Assembly (NCBI GenBank): GCA_965217865.1
Contig: CBDCJO010000002.1
Coordinates: 32,001-96,000 of the forward strand
DNA from: Candidatus Latescibacterota bacterium
GTDB lineage: Bacteria > Latescibacterota > UBA2968 > SICM01
Length of the DNA stretch: 64,000 nt
Direction of reading: 5' to 3'
Below are positions 1 through 10,256 of this stretch, in pieces; the stretch's first letter is position 1, and the number at the start of each line of letters is the position of its first letter. The notes below the pieces were generated by a model, which ran no database searches, had not been told where the DNA came from, and saw only the letters and a program-made list of their open reading frames with translations. The translations under genes and the position numbers were made by a program.

Positions 1-96
1 CGAGTGTGTCCTCGCTGTTATCCGTGTTCTCGATTCTCTGATAGACCCCGGCCAGATTCAGCGATCGAAATCGATAATGGGAACCAAAGAAAGGCC

Positions 97-333
97 TCAG
101 GACCGACGATCGTGAGGGGCGACTCCAGAAATGATTGAAAAAATCGCAAGTTTCGTGCGGGAGGCGTTGAGGGATCTGCCCGGACACGACGATCGGCCCC
201 GCTGCCGGGCACTCCGGCAGACGTAATACCGATAGCGCTTTCCGTTCCTGCCGGTACAGACGTGCGCCATGTCCGTCCCGCACGGCGTGCAGCAAAGCAG
301 CCCCTTCAACAATGCCCCATACCGGTTGCGCAC
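97..333 (-). pseudogene. Large serine recombinase zinc beta-ribbon fragment
   Basis: LLKGLLCCTPCG...RYRYYVC...C motif typical of the recombinase Zn-ribbon; catalytic domain absent. Confidence 0.7.
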
Positions 334-372
334 GTCCCTTCCGCCGATGCGGCCGTTCCTGCGGAGCGCGTC

Positions 373-459
373 TTGGACTATGTGTCCACGGCCCTTTTTG
401 AACGGCTATCGCTGCAGAAAGCGGCTTAAACCACTGTCCACTTTTCCCGGGTCATATCA
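373..459 (+). mobile_element. IS3-family 3' end remnant
   Basis: LDYVSTALFE...AA* resembles the OrfB C-terminus, followed by CTGTCCACTTTTCCCGGGTCATATCA resembling an IS3 right IR. Confidence 0.55.
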
Positions 460-832
460 CAACCTGGCTTCGCCAGGTTCACACACGCCTGAGCGTTATG
501 CGCAAGTGCACATCCAAACGAAGGCTTCGCATAAACGAGATTCTGCTTTGACATGATTCACATCCACCGAAGATTCGTTCTGCAGCTTGAAGGATTTGTC
601 ATGGTTGCGGTAGGATTCGCACCAAGGATTTGCGCAGCGATAGAAAGGATCCTAGAATCCGCAGCTATACCTTTGAAGGGAGATAAAGGAATTGTCGTAA
701 AATCTGTTCCCTGGGACCGAGAATCACAATGCATCTTCCTCCTGGCTTCAGAAGCGAGGAGGAAGCACCAAGCTCTATGGCGACGAACGGCACAGTCAAA
801 AAGGGTAACATTCCATTATTCTTCTCAACGTG

Positions 833-1621
833 CTATGTCATCTCTTTCTTGGTCCTGAAGGTAAGAACGGAATTGTAATGCTTAGTGATAACCCCTCCAT
901 ACTGACTATCGATCAGCCCTCTTATCCCATCAAATAGAGATTTACGTCTTTCGTCTTGTAATGGAATATGATCCGAGTATGTATTCAGCAGCTTCACATA
1001 CTCCTCAGAGGAGTAGTTCTGACTCCATGGGTAAGAACGTACAAGTGGTTCGCTGAAGTATTCGACTCCAGGCTCCAGAGCGGGTGGATCAGACCTCGTT
1101 AAAGAGGGGTGATGCGAATCTGTATGTAACTCAGGCGCGTGTTCTTTGTATATTTTCTGTACTTTAAGAAAGAAGCCTTCGGTATGCCTAACGTGTTGGT
1201 TGGAAAAAATAGCAATAGCACCTTCGGTTCTGAGTACCTCTGCAGCTTTGATGTATCTAACCTGCCGATTTATCCAACGAAATGCCGTTCCGCAAATAAG
1301 TAGATCGAATGGATACTCATGTTTCCAATCTTCAAATCGACACAACTCGAATCTTACATTTTGGAATTGGCGTAATCTCTTCTTCGCGATTTCGATTAAA
1401 TCTGGCCCAACGTCTAAGCAGATCATTTCATATCCGTGTTCGGCGAATGGTTGCGTCGCTTGGCCGGTCCCGCATCCTACTTCGAGAATTCTACCTCCGC
1501 CGCCTATACGTGACAGAGCTATAACGTCTCTAATAAGGCCATCTGGGTATCCGGGCCGAATCTCCGCGTAGAGTGAAGCTACGCGGTTGAACGTGTCTTG
1601 TAAATCGTCGATTTGCATCAA
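833..1621 (-). CDS. Class I SAM-dependent methyltransferase
   Basis: ILEVGCGTGQAT motif I, YAEIRPGYP N-terminus, FDLLICGTAF; 262 aa intact. Confidence 0.9.
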   Translation of the reverse strand: MMQIDDLQDTFNRVASLYAEIRPGYPDGLIRDVIALSRIGGGGRILEVGCGTGQATQPFAEHGYEMICLDVGPDLIEIAKKRLRQFQNVRFELCRFEDWKHEYPFDLLICGTAFRWINRQVRYIKAAEVLRTEGAIAIFSNQHVRHTEGFFLKVQKIYKEHAPELHTDSHHPSLTRSDPPALEPGVEYFSEPLVRSYPWSQNYSSEEYVKLLNTYSDHIPLQDERRKSLFDGIRGLIDSQYGGVITKHYNSVLTFRTKKEMT

Positions 1622-2014
1622 CCTCTCTTTTTCCTTGATTTTTAGGGATCAATCACAAGTCCTAGTTCCTAGTACCAACCTGCGGAAATTCGCGTAATCT
1701 GATTTCCTAGCAACAGGGGTAGACGCCCTCGAAGTCCGTCGGCAGGTTGACCAGCACCCGGCGTAGCTTGGCGAGGGGGGGCTTGGCGCAGCCTCCGACC
1801 TTTCAGGTCTTTCGCCGGGAACAGGTGGTTCACGCTTCGACTTCGCGCCGGCGCAACATTCTTTGAGGTATGAAAAACTCCTTTCAGGGTCCGGCTGATT
1901 TGCCCTACGCTTGCGCAACTCTGCCTCCCCCCGGCCGCCGCGGCAAACTGGCCCCGGAGTTGCCCCCCAATGTATGAAGGGGGCGAAAAGGAACCGCACA
2001 GGCTGCACGGCTGG

Positions 2015-2287
2015 TCAGTCTTGACCGTCGACCTGCTCGACAAGGCTCTTCATCCCACGAATGAGCGCAGCCACTTCCCGCCGCTCGGCGATCGCCGCGG
2101 CGGTGAAAAGACCGTGTTTGAAGGCGTTCGTGTTACCGACCGGTGCGCCGGGCGATGTTCCCCCATGCATCCGGCAACGGCCATTCGTCATCGCGGGTGA
2201 TCGGCACGGCATCCCGCTTCTCGTCCTGGCACCGCATCGCGGGCTCCGGTGCATGGGCAATCTACTTTGCACGGGGTTGTTCCTCAA
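2015..2287 (-). CDS. HGGxSTG domain-containing small phage-like protein
   Basis: RCGARTRSG.PC...NGRCRMHGGTSPGAP.GN.NAFKHG signature. Confidence 0.85.
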   Translation of the reverse strand: MRNNPVQSRLPMHRSPRCGARTRSGMPCRSPAMTNGRCRMHGGTSPGAPVGNTNAFKHGLFTAAAIAERREVAALIRGMKSLVEQVDGQD

Positions 2288-2325
2288 ATTTCGACCGAAT
2301 CCCCTCTCCCCCTCCCCCGGAATGC

Positions 2326-2390
2326 AGTAATATAGCCGTTTGGCCGGAAGCTGTCAACCAGGGAGGCTTCAGATCCGAGCGATCAGAAGC
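2326..2390 (-). promoter_or_regulatory. Repeat R1 copy 1: sigma70-like promoter with upstream palindrome
   Basis: Minus strand TTGACA (2357-2352), 17 bp, TATATT (2334-2329); GCTTCaGATC-N5-GATCaGAAGC palindrome; 64/65 identical to 30095-30159. Confidence 0.7.
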
Positions 2391-2626
2391 GGTCGCGACC
2401 CGTTGGATGACGGCCAGGTTCGAGACATTGAGCTTCGCCCCGGCCTTTTCAGGATCTCCAAAAACTCCAGAAATCGCCCCGACTTCGCCGTCACGCCGAC
2501 CTGAAGCCAGTGACAAAAAGTCGACTGATTCCCGCACCCTCCAGGCGTCCATGTTCCACAACTTTCTCAAATACAAGAGGTTTCTCTCTCTGGCGTGAGG
2601 GTGAGCGGTTAGGAAAAGGGTGCAGT

Positions 2627-2996
2627 TGGGGAGCCAGATTCCCATCCGCCAACTTCGGCGGTCGTCCGTTAACGCAAGACCCCGTGGGGCAACCCCTTCG
2701 GGGTCTTGTCGTTTCTGTCGTATTCACAAACACTTGTGCCACCTCCTTCCCCTCTCTGCCGATTCTCTGTTTCGAAGCGTTTCCCCCTGTGTCCGACCAC
2801 AACCGTGGGGTTGCGTCCGCTGAGCAGAGATATCTCCTCCGGATTCTCTGATTCTCTGTTTTTCCCGTCGGCCTTATTTAACAGCCCGGTTCGACGTTTG
2901 GGAAGATCTTCCGATACGTATTCACTGGAAGCCGGATCCGGTGGGTCCGGTCACCAGCTTACGGCAGTTCACCGGACAGCGGAAGCGGCCGTGCGC
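2627..2996. repeat. Dispersed non-coding repeat R2 copy A
   Basis: Aligns with 30586-30914; its 3' part aligns with 3545-3650 and 11741-11816; several hairpins. Confidence 0.9.
2675..2716 (+). terminator. Intrinsic-terminator-like hairpin inside R2
   Basis: CAAGACCCCG...CGGGGTCTTG stem followed by TCGTTTCT; stem conserved in copy D. Confidence 0.4.
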
Positions 2997-3029
2997 GGGC
3001 AAGCCGGCACCTGTGCCCACATAGGGCCT

Positions 3030-3410
3030 CCAGGCGAGTCGTTCTCGAAATCATAGTATGCGTTCACGAAGAACTGGTGGGCGCGGAAACCGGAAATTCT
3101 CTCCGAGGGCGGTTCTTCCGGACTCCACTCGCCGGACTTGCCTGCCAGCACTTCATTCCCCCCGCCCGCCGCGCGGAGGGGCGAAACGTCGTCCCCCTGG
3201 TAGCGGCTCAGGTGTTCGACCTCGAAGCGCAGCCTGCCCAAGTCGTAGCCTGCACTGAGGCCGCCCGAGAACCCGGCTCCCGGGTCGAAGCCGTTGGAGC
3301 TCATTCCCGGGGTATCGTCGCTGCATTCCGCCGCGCCGGTCGGAGCCATGCCCGGATCGGAATAGAGCAGCACGTCGCACTTCGTCGGATGATTGACATA
3401 GAAGACGGAG
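3030..3410 (-). pseudogene. Outer-membrane beta-barrel protein fragment
   Basis: GFSGGLSAGYDLGRLRFEVE and QFFVNAYYDF strands in ORF 2969..3505; both ends missing. Confidence 0.6.
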
Positions 3411-3544
3411 GACTCCACGGTCGCGGCGGTCGCCAAGCTCGAACGCAGCTTCGTCGAGGAGCGACGCTGAACCGGTTGCGTGAAACTCACAAGGACCTCT
3501 TCCACTGATTTGTTATATGCTCTTCATACCCTTGGCCAGGGGCA

Positions 3545-3778
3545 TCGATGTTTCGGAACGTCCTTCGGTACGTATTCACTGGAAGCCGGACCCGATGGGT
3601 CCGGTCACCGGCCTACGGCATCTCACCGGACAGCGGAAGCGGCCGTGCGCCCGGAGCCTGGAATCGTAGCCGGCACAGCCCCCAGAAACACATAGCGGAC
3701 TTTGAAACGGATTCATTGGCCACACGGGATTCAAGAGTTGACCGGATACGCCAATTCTCATATATTTTCCGCAGTGTT
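3545..3778. repeat. Dispersed non-coding repeat R2 copy B
   Basis: Near-identical to 11741-11944 over about 200 bp; overlaps the 3' part of copies A and D. Confidence 0.9.
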
Positions 3779-4228
3779 TGTCTGCCCAGGGCAACCTGAA
3801 TCTCAGTTTCCAGAGAACATTTTGTAAAAACAAGTCACTTACCCATCCCAAAAGGTCAATTCTGATTTATCTTGGACAGCAGTGGTGTTTCATCTTGATT
3901 TCGAGCACCAGTGGGGAGTAGCGGTCATCCGGCCAGCGGATCTGTCCAATCCACGAGACAGGCTCGATACAAACCCTGCAAAGAAGGAAGGAAGAAAAGC
4001 GTGAGTGAACATTCAGGCTGTCCAATCTGGAGCACACCAGCATCCATCGAACCGCGAACAGGCCACGGGGTGACTGTAGATTCTCCGCGCGCCAGGGGTC
4101 GATATTTCATTGCTGACACGGCAACAGAAATACTGAAAAGCCATGATGAAAATCTAAAAGCTCGGCTGATATCATGCTCACCGCGATGCTGTCTTGCCAG
4201 AGCATAAGGTCGTCAATGCAGAGGGACT

Positions 4229-4864
4229 ATGAGGACTTTCGAAGATCCAAATAAACTGAAAGAGTACGTTATAAATCTGGTTGGAAAAAATGAACTCGGT
4301 CTGATTTCCGTGGACGGAATAGATGGAAGTGGAAAATCGACACTCGCATTATGCATGGTTCAGGACACGGATTTCTGTCATATAGATCTTGATGATGATA
4401 AATACCGTATTGCAAAAACAGGCAAATTCGTAGATTCCGTTAGATGTCCGATACTAAAGGAGAAAGTATCCAGACGTCTTAGCGAAAATCGTACGACATT
4501 TGTCAATGGTGTCTGCGTGCAAAAAGTGTTAGAGAAAACCAATCTGATCCCAGATATGAGAATATACGTGAAGAAGTCATCAGATTGGATCAATGGAGAT
4601 AAATTCGACTATTCAAGAGATGTTGAAGAAGTAATAAGGGAGCACCATGATAAGTCAATGGAGGACTCTCAGAAATTCGAAGCAGTTGAAGCCCGTGTAG
4701 AGGGTAAGGAAGTGAGGCCAAGGCCAAAGGAAGGAAGGCCAAACCAAGTAACTGAGTCGCTTTGCCATGAAATAATACGGTACCACTATGAATATCAGCC
4801 AGATAAAAACGCCGAGATTCTCTTCGAGAGGAACGACAGATCGCACCACCAGTTGAACTGGTAG
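4229..4864 (+). CDS. P-loop nucleoside/nucleotide kinase-like protein
   Basis: ISVDGIDGSGKST Walker A followed by HIDLDD; RBS-like GAGGG upstream. Confidence 0.7.
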   Translation: MRTFEDPNKLKEYVINLVGKNELGLISVDGIDGSGKSTLALCMVQDTDFCHIDLDDDKYRIAKTGKFVDSVRCPILKEKVSRRLSENRTTFVNGVCVQKVLEKTNLIPDMRIYVKKSSDWINGDKFDYSRDVEEVIREHHDKSMEDSQKFEAVEARVEGKEVRPRPKEGRPNQVTESLCHEIIRYHYEYQPDKNAEILFERNDRSHHQLNW

Positions 4865-4987
4865 CCGTTGCGTGAAACTCACAGGACCTCCGGTTCACAC
4901 CATCCATTTTGCAGGACGCTTAGTCAGGACTTGACCTTCGGCAAGCGGCGAGATGTGGCGTCTTAATTCTGGTTAAATTCGGCCCTG

Positions 4988-5023
4988 CTGCAATAATCTG
5001 TGATGCCGAAAGGCGTTGAGCAC
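4988..5023. CRISPR. Single orphan CRISPR repeat, type I-B (Myxan/Leptospira-like)
   Basis: 36-bp CTGCAATAATCTGTGATGCCGAAAGGCGTTGAGCAC with GCC-GAAA-GGC hairpin; no second copy seen. Confidence 0.65.
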
Positions 5024-5339
5024 ACGTTTGGCACGTCATTGTGCATCTATTCTGAGATAACAAGAAAGGTAGATATAGGTCCAAGCAAGATTCAGGCAGC
5101 CTTTCTGATGGTCTAGGATGTTCTTTGCCGATTGATTTCTATGCGGCGCTGCCGAGCCTCCTCCTTTCGATCTTGTCGGTGGTGAAGAATCTTTTGATGC
5201 TGGCCTTTATGCCTCTATCGATTTGGCCTTCATCTGAGATCCGTGATCTGAGAGGGCTGTCAAGCTTATGGGCCCAGTATCCAGGTCCAGCAGTCCTTCG
5301 TTGGCAAGGGCTTGAGATTGCGAATCAGGAGGGAAGTCG

Positions 5340-5648
5340 ATGATTCCTGCCGTCACAGAGCATTCCGATGAATTGGAGCGTATCTGCCTCCGTTACAGTG
5401 TGCAGCGACTTGACCTGTTCGGCTCGGCTGCAACCGGCGAACACCATCTGGAGGGGAGTGATCTGGACTTCGTGGTCGAGTTTCAGCCGACGGCTTTCGC
5501 ATCTTATGCGGACGCCTACTTCGGTCTACTGGAGTCCCTGGAGCAGCTTTTCGAAAAGCCTGTGGACTTGGTGGTCGGGTCGGCCATCAGGAATCCTTTC
5601 TTCTTGCAGTCCGTCGAGGACACGAGGGTCCCGATCTATGAGGCTTGA
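5340..5648 (+). CDS. Minimal nucleotidyltransferase (MNT) antitoxin
   Basis: LFGSAATG...SDLDFVVEF motif, VDLV; 102 aa. Confidence 0.9.
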   Translation: MIPAVTEHSDELERICLRYSVQRLDLFGSAATGEHHLEGSDLDFVVEFQPTAFASYADAYFGLLESLEQLFEKPVDLVVGSAIRNPFFLQSVEDTRVPIYEA

Positions 5649-5979
5649 GACCAAAAAATATCTGTATGACATGCAACGTGCCGCCGCTTTACTGAGAGAG
5701 TTCACCAGCAACAAGACTTTTGCGGATTATGAACGCGACGCCATGTTGCGGGCTGCGGTGGAGCGAGAGTTCGAAGTCATTGGCGAGGCCATGACACGAC
5801 TTGCCAGAGTCGACGAAGCGGTGGCGGCCCGTATCGACGGATATCAACGCATTATCGCCTTCCGCAATGTCCTGATTCACGGATACGCCGAGGTGGACAA
5901 CCACCTGGTGTGGGACGTGGTTGAGACCCGTCTCCCAACCCTCGACCGCGAGATCGATGCACTTCTGGAGGATGGATGA
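5638..5979 (+). CDS. HEPN (DUF86/HepT-like) ribonuclease toxin
   Basis: Start MRLETKKYLYDM overlaps the MNT stop; EVIGEA and FRNVLIHGY (Rx4HxY). Confidence 0.9.
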   Translation: MRLETKKYLYDMQRAAALLREFTSNKTFADYERDAMLRAAVEREFEVIGEAMTRLARVDEAVAARIDGYQRIIAFRNVLIHGYAEVDNHLVWDVVETRLPTLDREIDALLEDG

Positions 5980-6039
5980 GTGGAGTCCACCGAGCGTTGA
6001 TAGCTTGGCCGTGTTGCACGGACATCTTCCTCCGCACGC

Positions 6040-6330
6040 CCAAGGTCTCAGGTCGCATCGGGCCCTGGCCCCTCCCGAACAGCAGGCTGTCTTGGATCTG
6101 TTGCACTGCGAACGGTTTATGGATAAAGCCCCTCCTCAGGTCTGGGCCGAGTTGCTGGATGAAGGCCTGTATTTCTGCTCACTCAGCACGATGTATCGCA
6201 TCCTGAAGGCACACGAGGAAGTCCGGGAACGCCGAAACCAGCTCAGACATCCGAACCATCCAGCGCCTCGCCTGGTGGCAACGGCGCCTAACCAGGTGTG
6301 GTCTTGGGATATCACGAAGCTGCTGGACCG
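6040..6330 (+). mobile_element. IS3-family transposase OrfB N-terminal fragment
   Basis: ELLDEG.Y.CS.STMYRIL and ATAPNQVWSWDITKL. Confidence 0.85.
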
Positions 6331-6711
6331 GGATATAGTTCTCGTACTGGCGACTGGCCTCTCTTCCTCTTGGTGCTATTGGGAAGAGTTACGCGGCGAT
6401 AAGGAATCCTTTAGCAGACTGTTCGCAATGTGGACCTCATGATCGGTGGAGCGTGGATTCTGACATGGGATCAATTTATAAAGAAGGCGATAGTTACGCC
6501 GTCCCCGGCCCACTGCTTCGGTGAAACGAAACAGATCCCGCTGGTTCGTCCCCAGCTCCGCGCATGGTGGAGCGGATGGAAGGGAAGATTCGGGCGGCCA
6601 TCGGGCGGGTGTGTGTGGAGAGATGGCGAAATCAAAGGCGGTTGATGATTCAAAACCGAATTTTATAACAGTCAATAGGTAAAACTGTTTATGGATCACA
6701 GTCAAACTAGA

Positions 6712-7420
6712 CCTAAAATAAGCGAATAGTCTTGTTGAGCGGTGTGTTATACAAGATTTCGGAGCATTTCAGACTTGTGACTTGGTGGAGATGATGTCTG
6801 GGCTGTTTTTGTGATTGTTTCGGCATGCGATTGTCTAATTAACTGAGTTTGCGGACGTGTTTTAGCCGGGGTGGACGGACTTGTCCCTGTGATGTTACGA
6901 CGACAGGTGCTGACATGGCAGTCAGGCCGGTTTGAGCCATCTGATTCTGTTCCAGGCCGGGAAGAAGTCAGTCATCCACCGGTTGTAGCCCAAGACACGA
7001 TAGATGATCTGTCTTCCCCGGGTCACGATCTGGCAGGGGATCCAGATCAGATTCTGGAGGAAGGCGCGAAACTCCATTCTCAGAAGTTGATCGCGACGCT
7101 CACGCTTTCGGATCATCAACGCGAACCAGGCTTTGAGGTTCCACGCCAGGGCGGTCATGACCATGTAAGCCCAGTTGCTCATCAGGTTGTCGACGGGCAT
7201 CCGCATGGCGTTGACCCCGTTCTTGAGTTGTTCAATCACGTTTTCCTGATCGCACCGTCGATTGGCCAGCCTCACGATTTCCGCGGCCGTAAGATCTTTT
7301 CGGGTGGTAATGTAGAAGAAATAGCGCTTGTCATCGAACAGGGCGTTTTCGCCGCGTTCGACGCTCAGGTTCTTTTCGAGGATCACGAGTCGATAGGTCT
7401 TCTTGCATCGAGCAGGACGA
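6712..7420 (-). mobile_element. IS1380-family transposase C-terminal remnant
   Basis: RYFFYIT...RCDQENVIEQLKNG...NWAYMVM..LAWNLKAW; putative terminus TCGCTTATTTTAGG near 6712. Confidence 0.75.
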
Positions 7421-7550
7421 TGGCTGCACCGATGGCGGTGTGGGCCTCTTTTCATGTGGGGGGTGATGGGCCTGCCAGCTTCGGAACGAAGTTCAGTTTC
7501 AACTATGGTGGCGGGTTGAAGGTGGCGTTGATCGAACCCGCGGTGAGCAC

Positions 7551-7946
7551 GTGGAGGAGCCGGAAATGAATACACCCGTGGAAGATCTCGATCCGATGCC
7601 CGACGTGTCCGCTCGGGACTGGCGGTACTGGAGGACGCCCGTGCTGTTCGGGGCGGGATTCTGCGCCCTCCAAGTCGCCCTCTTCGTAGTACGGTTCGGC
7701 TTCATGGATGCAAGCACGGCTGGTCCCGTCGCTTGGGTCCCGGTCCTTTTTGGCCTCGTCTTGTTCTTCGCAGGTGGCTTGTTGGCCGGGTTGCTCGCTC
7801 AGCGGCTGGTGCGAGGATGCCACGGTGCGTGGCGGACCTTCCTGCTTGTGGCGATTGCCATAGCCACTCCCTTCGCCGTCGTGTTGGTCGGGATTCCCGT
7901 ACTGATCCGCAAGGTATGGTTGTGGCGAAAACACAAAGGGACTTAG
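7551..7946 (+). CDS. Membrane protein, 3-4 hydrophobic helices
   Basis: Hydrophobic stretches in a 131-aa ORF. Confidence 0.55.
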   Translation: MEEPEMNTPVEDLDPMPDVSARDWRYWRTPVLFGAGFCALQVALFVVRFGFMDASTAGPVAWVPVLFGLVLFFAGGLLAGLLAQRLVRGCHGAWRTFLLVAIAIATPFAVVLVGIPVLIRKVWLWRKHKGT

Positions 7947-7989
7947 GGATTACTGGGGCGGCAAAGCGGCTTTGACAAGAGCAAGCTGG

Positions 7990-8131
7990 CTGAGTATTCC
8001 CAGGTGCCATCGGTGGGATCGAACAGATCCAATTGGTAGTTCTTGCAAGTTTTGTGGAACACCCGCTTGCGCTTGAAAAAGTCCCCATCCATTCGGAAGC
8101 GCAGTTGGTATTGCTTCCCAAGGGTCTCCAC
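7990..8131 (-). mobile_element. Short transposase fragment (IS1380-like)
   Basis: RKRVFHKT.KNYQLDLFDP.DG..EYSA resembles an internal IS1380 segment. Confidence 0.4.
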
Positions 8132-8171
8132 CCGGCGCTGGAAGTGGGCATAGCCTTTTGGGGATCTTGAA

Positions 8172-9104
8172 ATGCAATTGGCACGCCGCGTAAGACAATG
8201 GCATGTTCGTCGCCTCTACAACCTATCGAAACTGGGAATCTACGACGACGAACTCTTGCTGGAAGTTGGTTGGGGATTATTCGCTCGCTGCGAGGATATC
8301 TTAACGGTCGTACGTGCGGTTGAAGGAGAAGTACCTTGCCCCCAGTGTGGCGAGATCGTCTATCGGGCTAAATATTATCGGACTCTAAAATGGAAAGAAA
8401 GTCGTTCCGCTATGCCTAGATTTTCCTGTCCACAATGTAGCCAACTTCTCACCTGGCTTGATTGTAGAGAAGCGCTTCGTGAACGCCCTAGATGCTTCAA
8501 GTGTCTTGTTTCATTGGATTGGAACAATGTGGAAGATATGCTTTCTTGTAGATCCTGTGAGAAGACGTGGTCCTGGAAGCAGTATCGGGAATCCATTAAG
8601 AATCGTGTCCGTTTACCTTGTGTACATTGTGGAGAGGTCGTAGCTCGCCCTGCCCAACCCAGACGACGAAGGCGGTGGATCGAGAGTCGAAATGAAACCT
8701 CATCCTCTTTGGAAGAGCTCCCTTGTCCAAGTTGCGGAGAACCTGGCGTTCACATAGGTGGAAAGTTCCAATGTTCAGAGTGTCGAATTGAGAAACCTTG
8801 GTCAACATATCGAGAACGCCTCAAACAACGCGCCGAGCATCTCAATTGTGAAGCCTGTGGCTATAAATTCACTTGGAAATCGTGGCGTCGGCAATATCAA
8901 GGACAATTTCTTCTAACAGGAAACCCTGTGCCCGTTCAGGAATTTCTCCAAAACTGGCCGAGATGTCTAACGTCTCAGGACCAACTCATACAAATCGACA
9001 TATTGCTTTATGCCTTACATGGAGCAGGGGTATTAGCCCCTCTATTTATCGAAGGGAATGAAAAAACTGTAAAAGTATTGCTGGATGAGTTGGCTCTAGT
9101 GTGA
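8172..9104 (+). CDS. Multi-zinc-ribbon protein with eight CxxC motifs
   Basis: CPQC, CPQC, CFKC, CRSC, CVHC, CPSC, CSEC, CEAC; repeated CxxC-x4-W-xx-(Y/C/W)R module. Confidence 0.8.
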   Translation: MQLARRVRQWHVRRLYNLSKLGIYDDELLLEVGWGLFARCEDILTVVRAVEGEVPCPQCGEIVYRAKYYRTLKWKESRSAMPRFSCPQCSQLLTWLDCREALRERPRCFKCLVSLDWNNVEDMLSCRSCEKTWSWKQYRESIKNRVRLPCVHCGEVVARPAQPRRRRRWIESRNETSSSLEELPCPSCGEPGVHIGGKFQCSECRIEKPWSTYRERLKQRAEHLNCEACGYKFTWKSWRRQYQGQFLLTGNPVPVQEFLQNWPRCLTSQDQLIQIDILLYALHGAGVLAPLFIEGNEKTVKVLLDELALV

Positions 9105-9765
9105 GTCAGTAATTTTCGGGTTAAGGTTTTGCGGAGAGGAGAAAGCGCGTTCCCAGAAGGGTTAATTAAAGGCAATTTTCACGAAAGATTAGCTGTATAA
9201 TTAAGCATCTACGTGAACAGCTTTGAGATAGTAGTTGACGGATATCGATCGGCGGTTTTTCATCTTCAGATAGCCGTCGGTGTGGACGTTCGAAAAGCCT
9301 GGCGCAAACTCATCGAGCACGGTGCGGTTGAAGCGTTCGACGAAGCGAGTGGTTTGAGGACGTCTGACATTGGTTTTCTTGTGCTGAATGCCATTGAGGG
9401 CCAGGTAGAGCTCGTAAGGGTGAGAATCCGAAACGGGGAAAAACTACTCGGAGTTGATTCGAAGTGGCAGTTGTGTCAGTTGTTTTGCCAACGAAAATAT
9501 GGAGTTACCCCGTTTTGGTGGACGGTTTAGGATTTGGGGTTCAAAGCCCTTCTTTCGTAGTGATCGGTGAAAGATAATCTATCGCAGAGTGTCGACGATG
9601 GGGGTTATAACACCCCTCGATATACGTGAAGATCTCCAGTTTGGCTTCTTTGTGTGTGCCGAAGGAACGTCTGTCGAGGAGCTTGACGAACGTTATTGGT
9701 ATTGGCATCCCACTGATATCCTGGTGACCGCAAGGTGACCGGCAATGCCGCGGACAGGCAGCACC

Positions 9766-10080
9766 CTACCTTTCCCTTCGCCGCCTTTCTCTGATGCGCT
9801 TCAGTGTGTCAAGTATGGGTGGATCCTGTACGTCATTTGGAATCAATACGTTATCGTCTTCGTGGATCGCGGAAACGTCAGGATCGTGCTCTTCGAGTTG
9901 CCATGCCGGCCTGATGACGATGCCGTGTTTAAGAATTCTCAAGTCAGGATCCAGTGCTGGGATGCCGCCTTCCATCAGCGCGGGCATGATCGAGTAGTGC
10001 TTGGTCACGTTGTAGCTCTCTAGGAATCGGTCGAGGTTTTCGGAGGTGGTTGGCGCTATGTGGTGTATGGCGTGCTGCTC
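9766..10080 (-). pseudogene. Hypothetical protein C-terminal fragment
   Basis: Protein-like composition, no credible start. Confidence 0.35.
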
Positions 10081-10256
10081 GCAACCATCTGGTCGGACGT
10101 TCCGGTGATGAGGGACTTGACCATCAGTGCCACGCCAAGGCAAGTGCAGGTCGGTAGGACGTTCTCGTTCTGATCAGAACCTAACAAACGTTCGATACTG
10201 GCTCGTGCTCATCCACGAGCCGGCACACGCCTCAATGACGCAGATCGGAGGTTGAA

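Noticed and set aside
2600-2720. R2 5' end as a tRNA 3' end (att site) or cobalamin riboswitch tail
   Set aside because: GATTCCCATCCGCCA and GAGCCAGA are suggestive, but no T-arm/cloverleaf or B12 box could be built by eye; needs Infernal
9499-9612. Possible IS3-derived miniature element
   Set aside because: The ends look IS3-like but match each other poorly and no target duplication was seen
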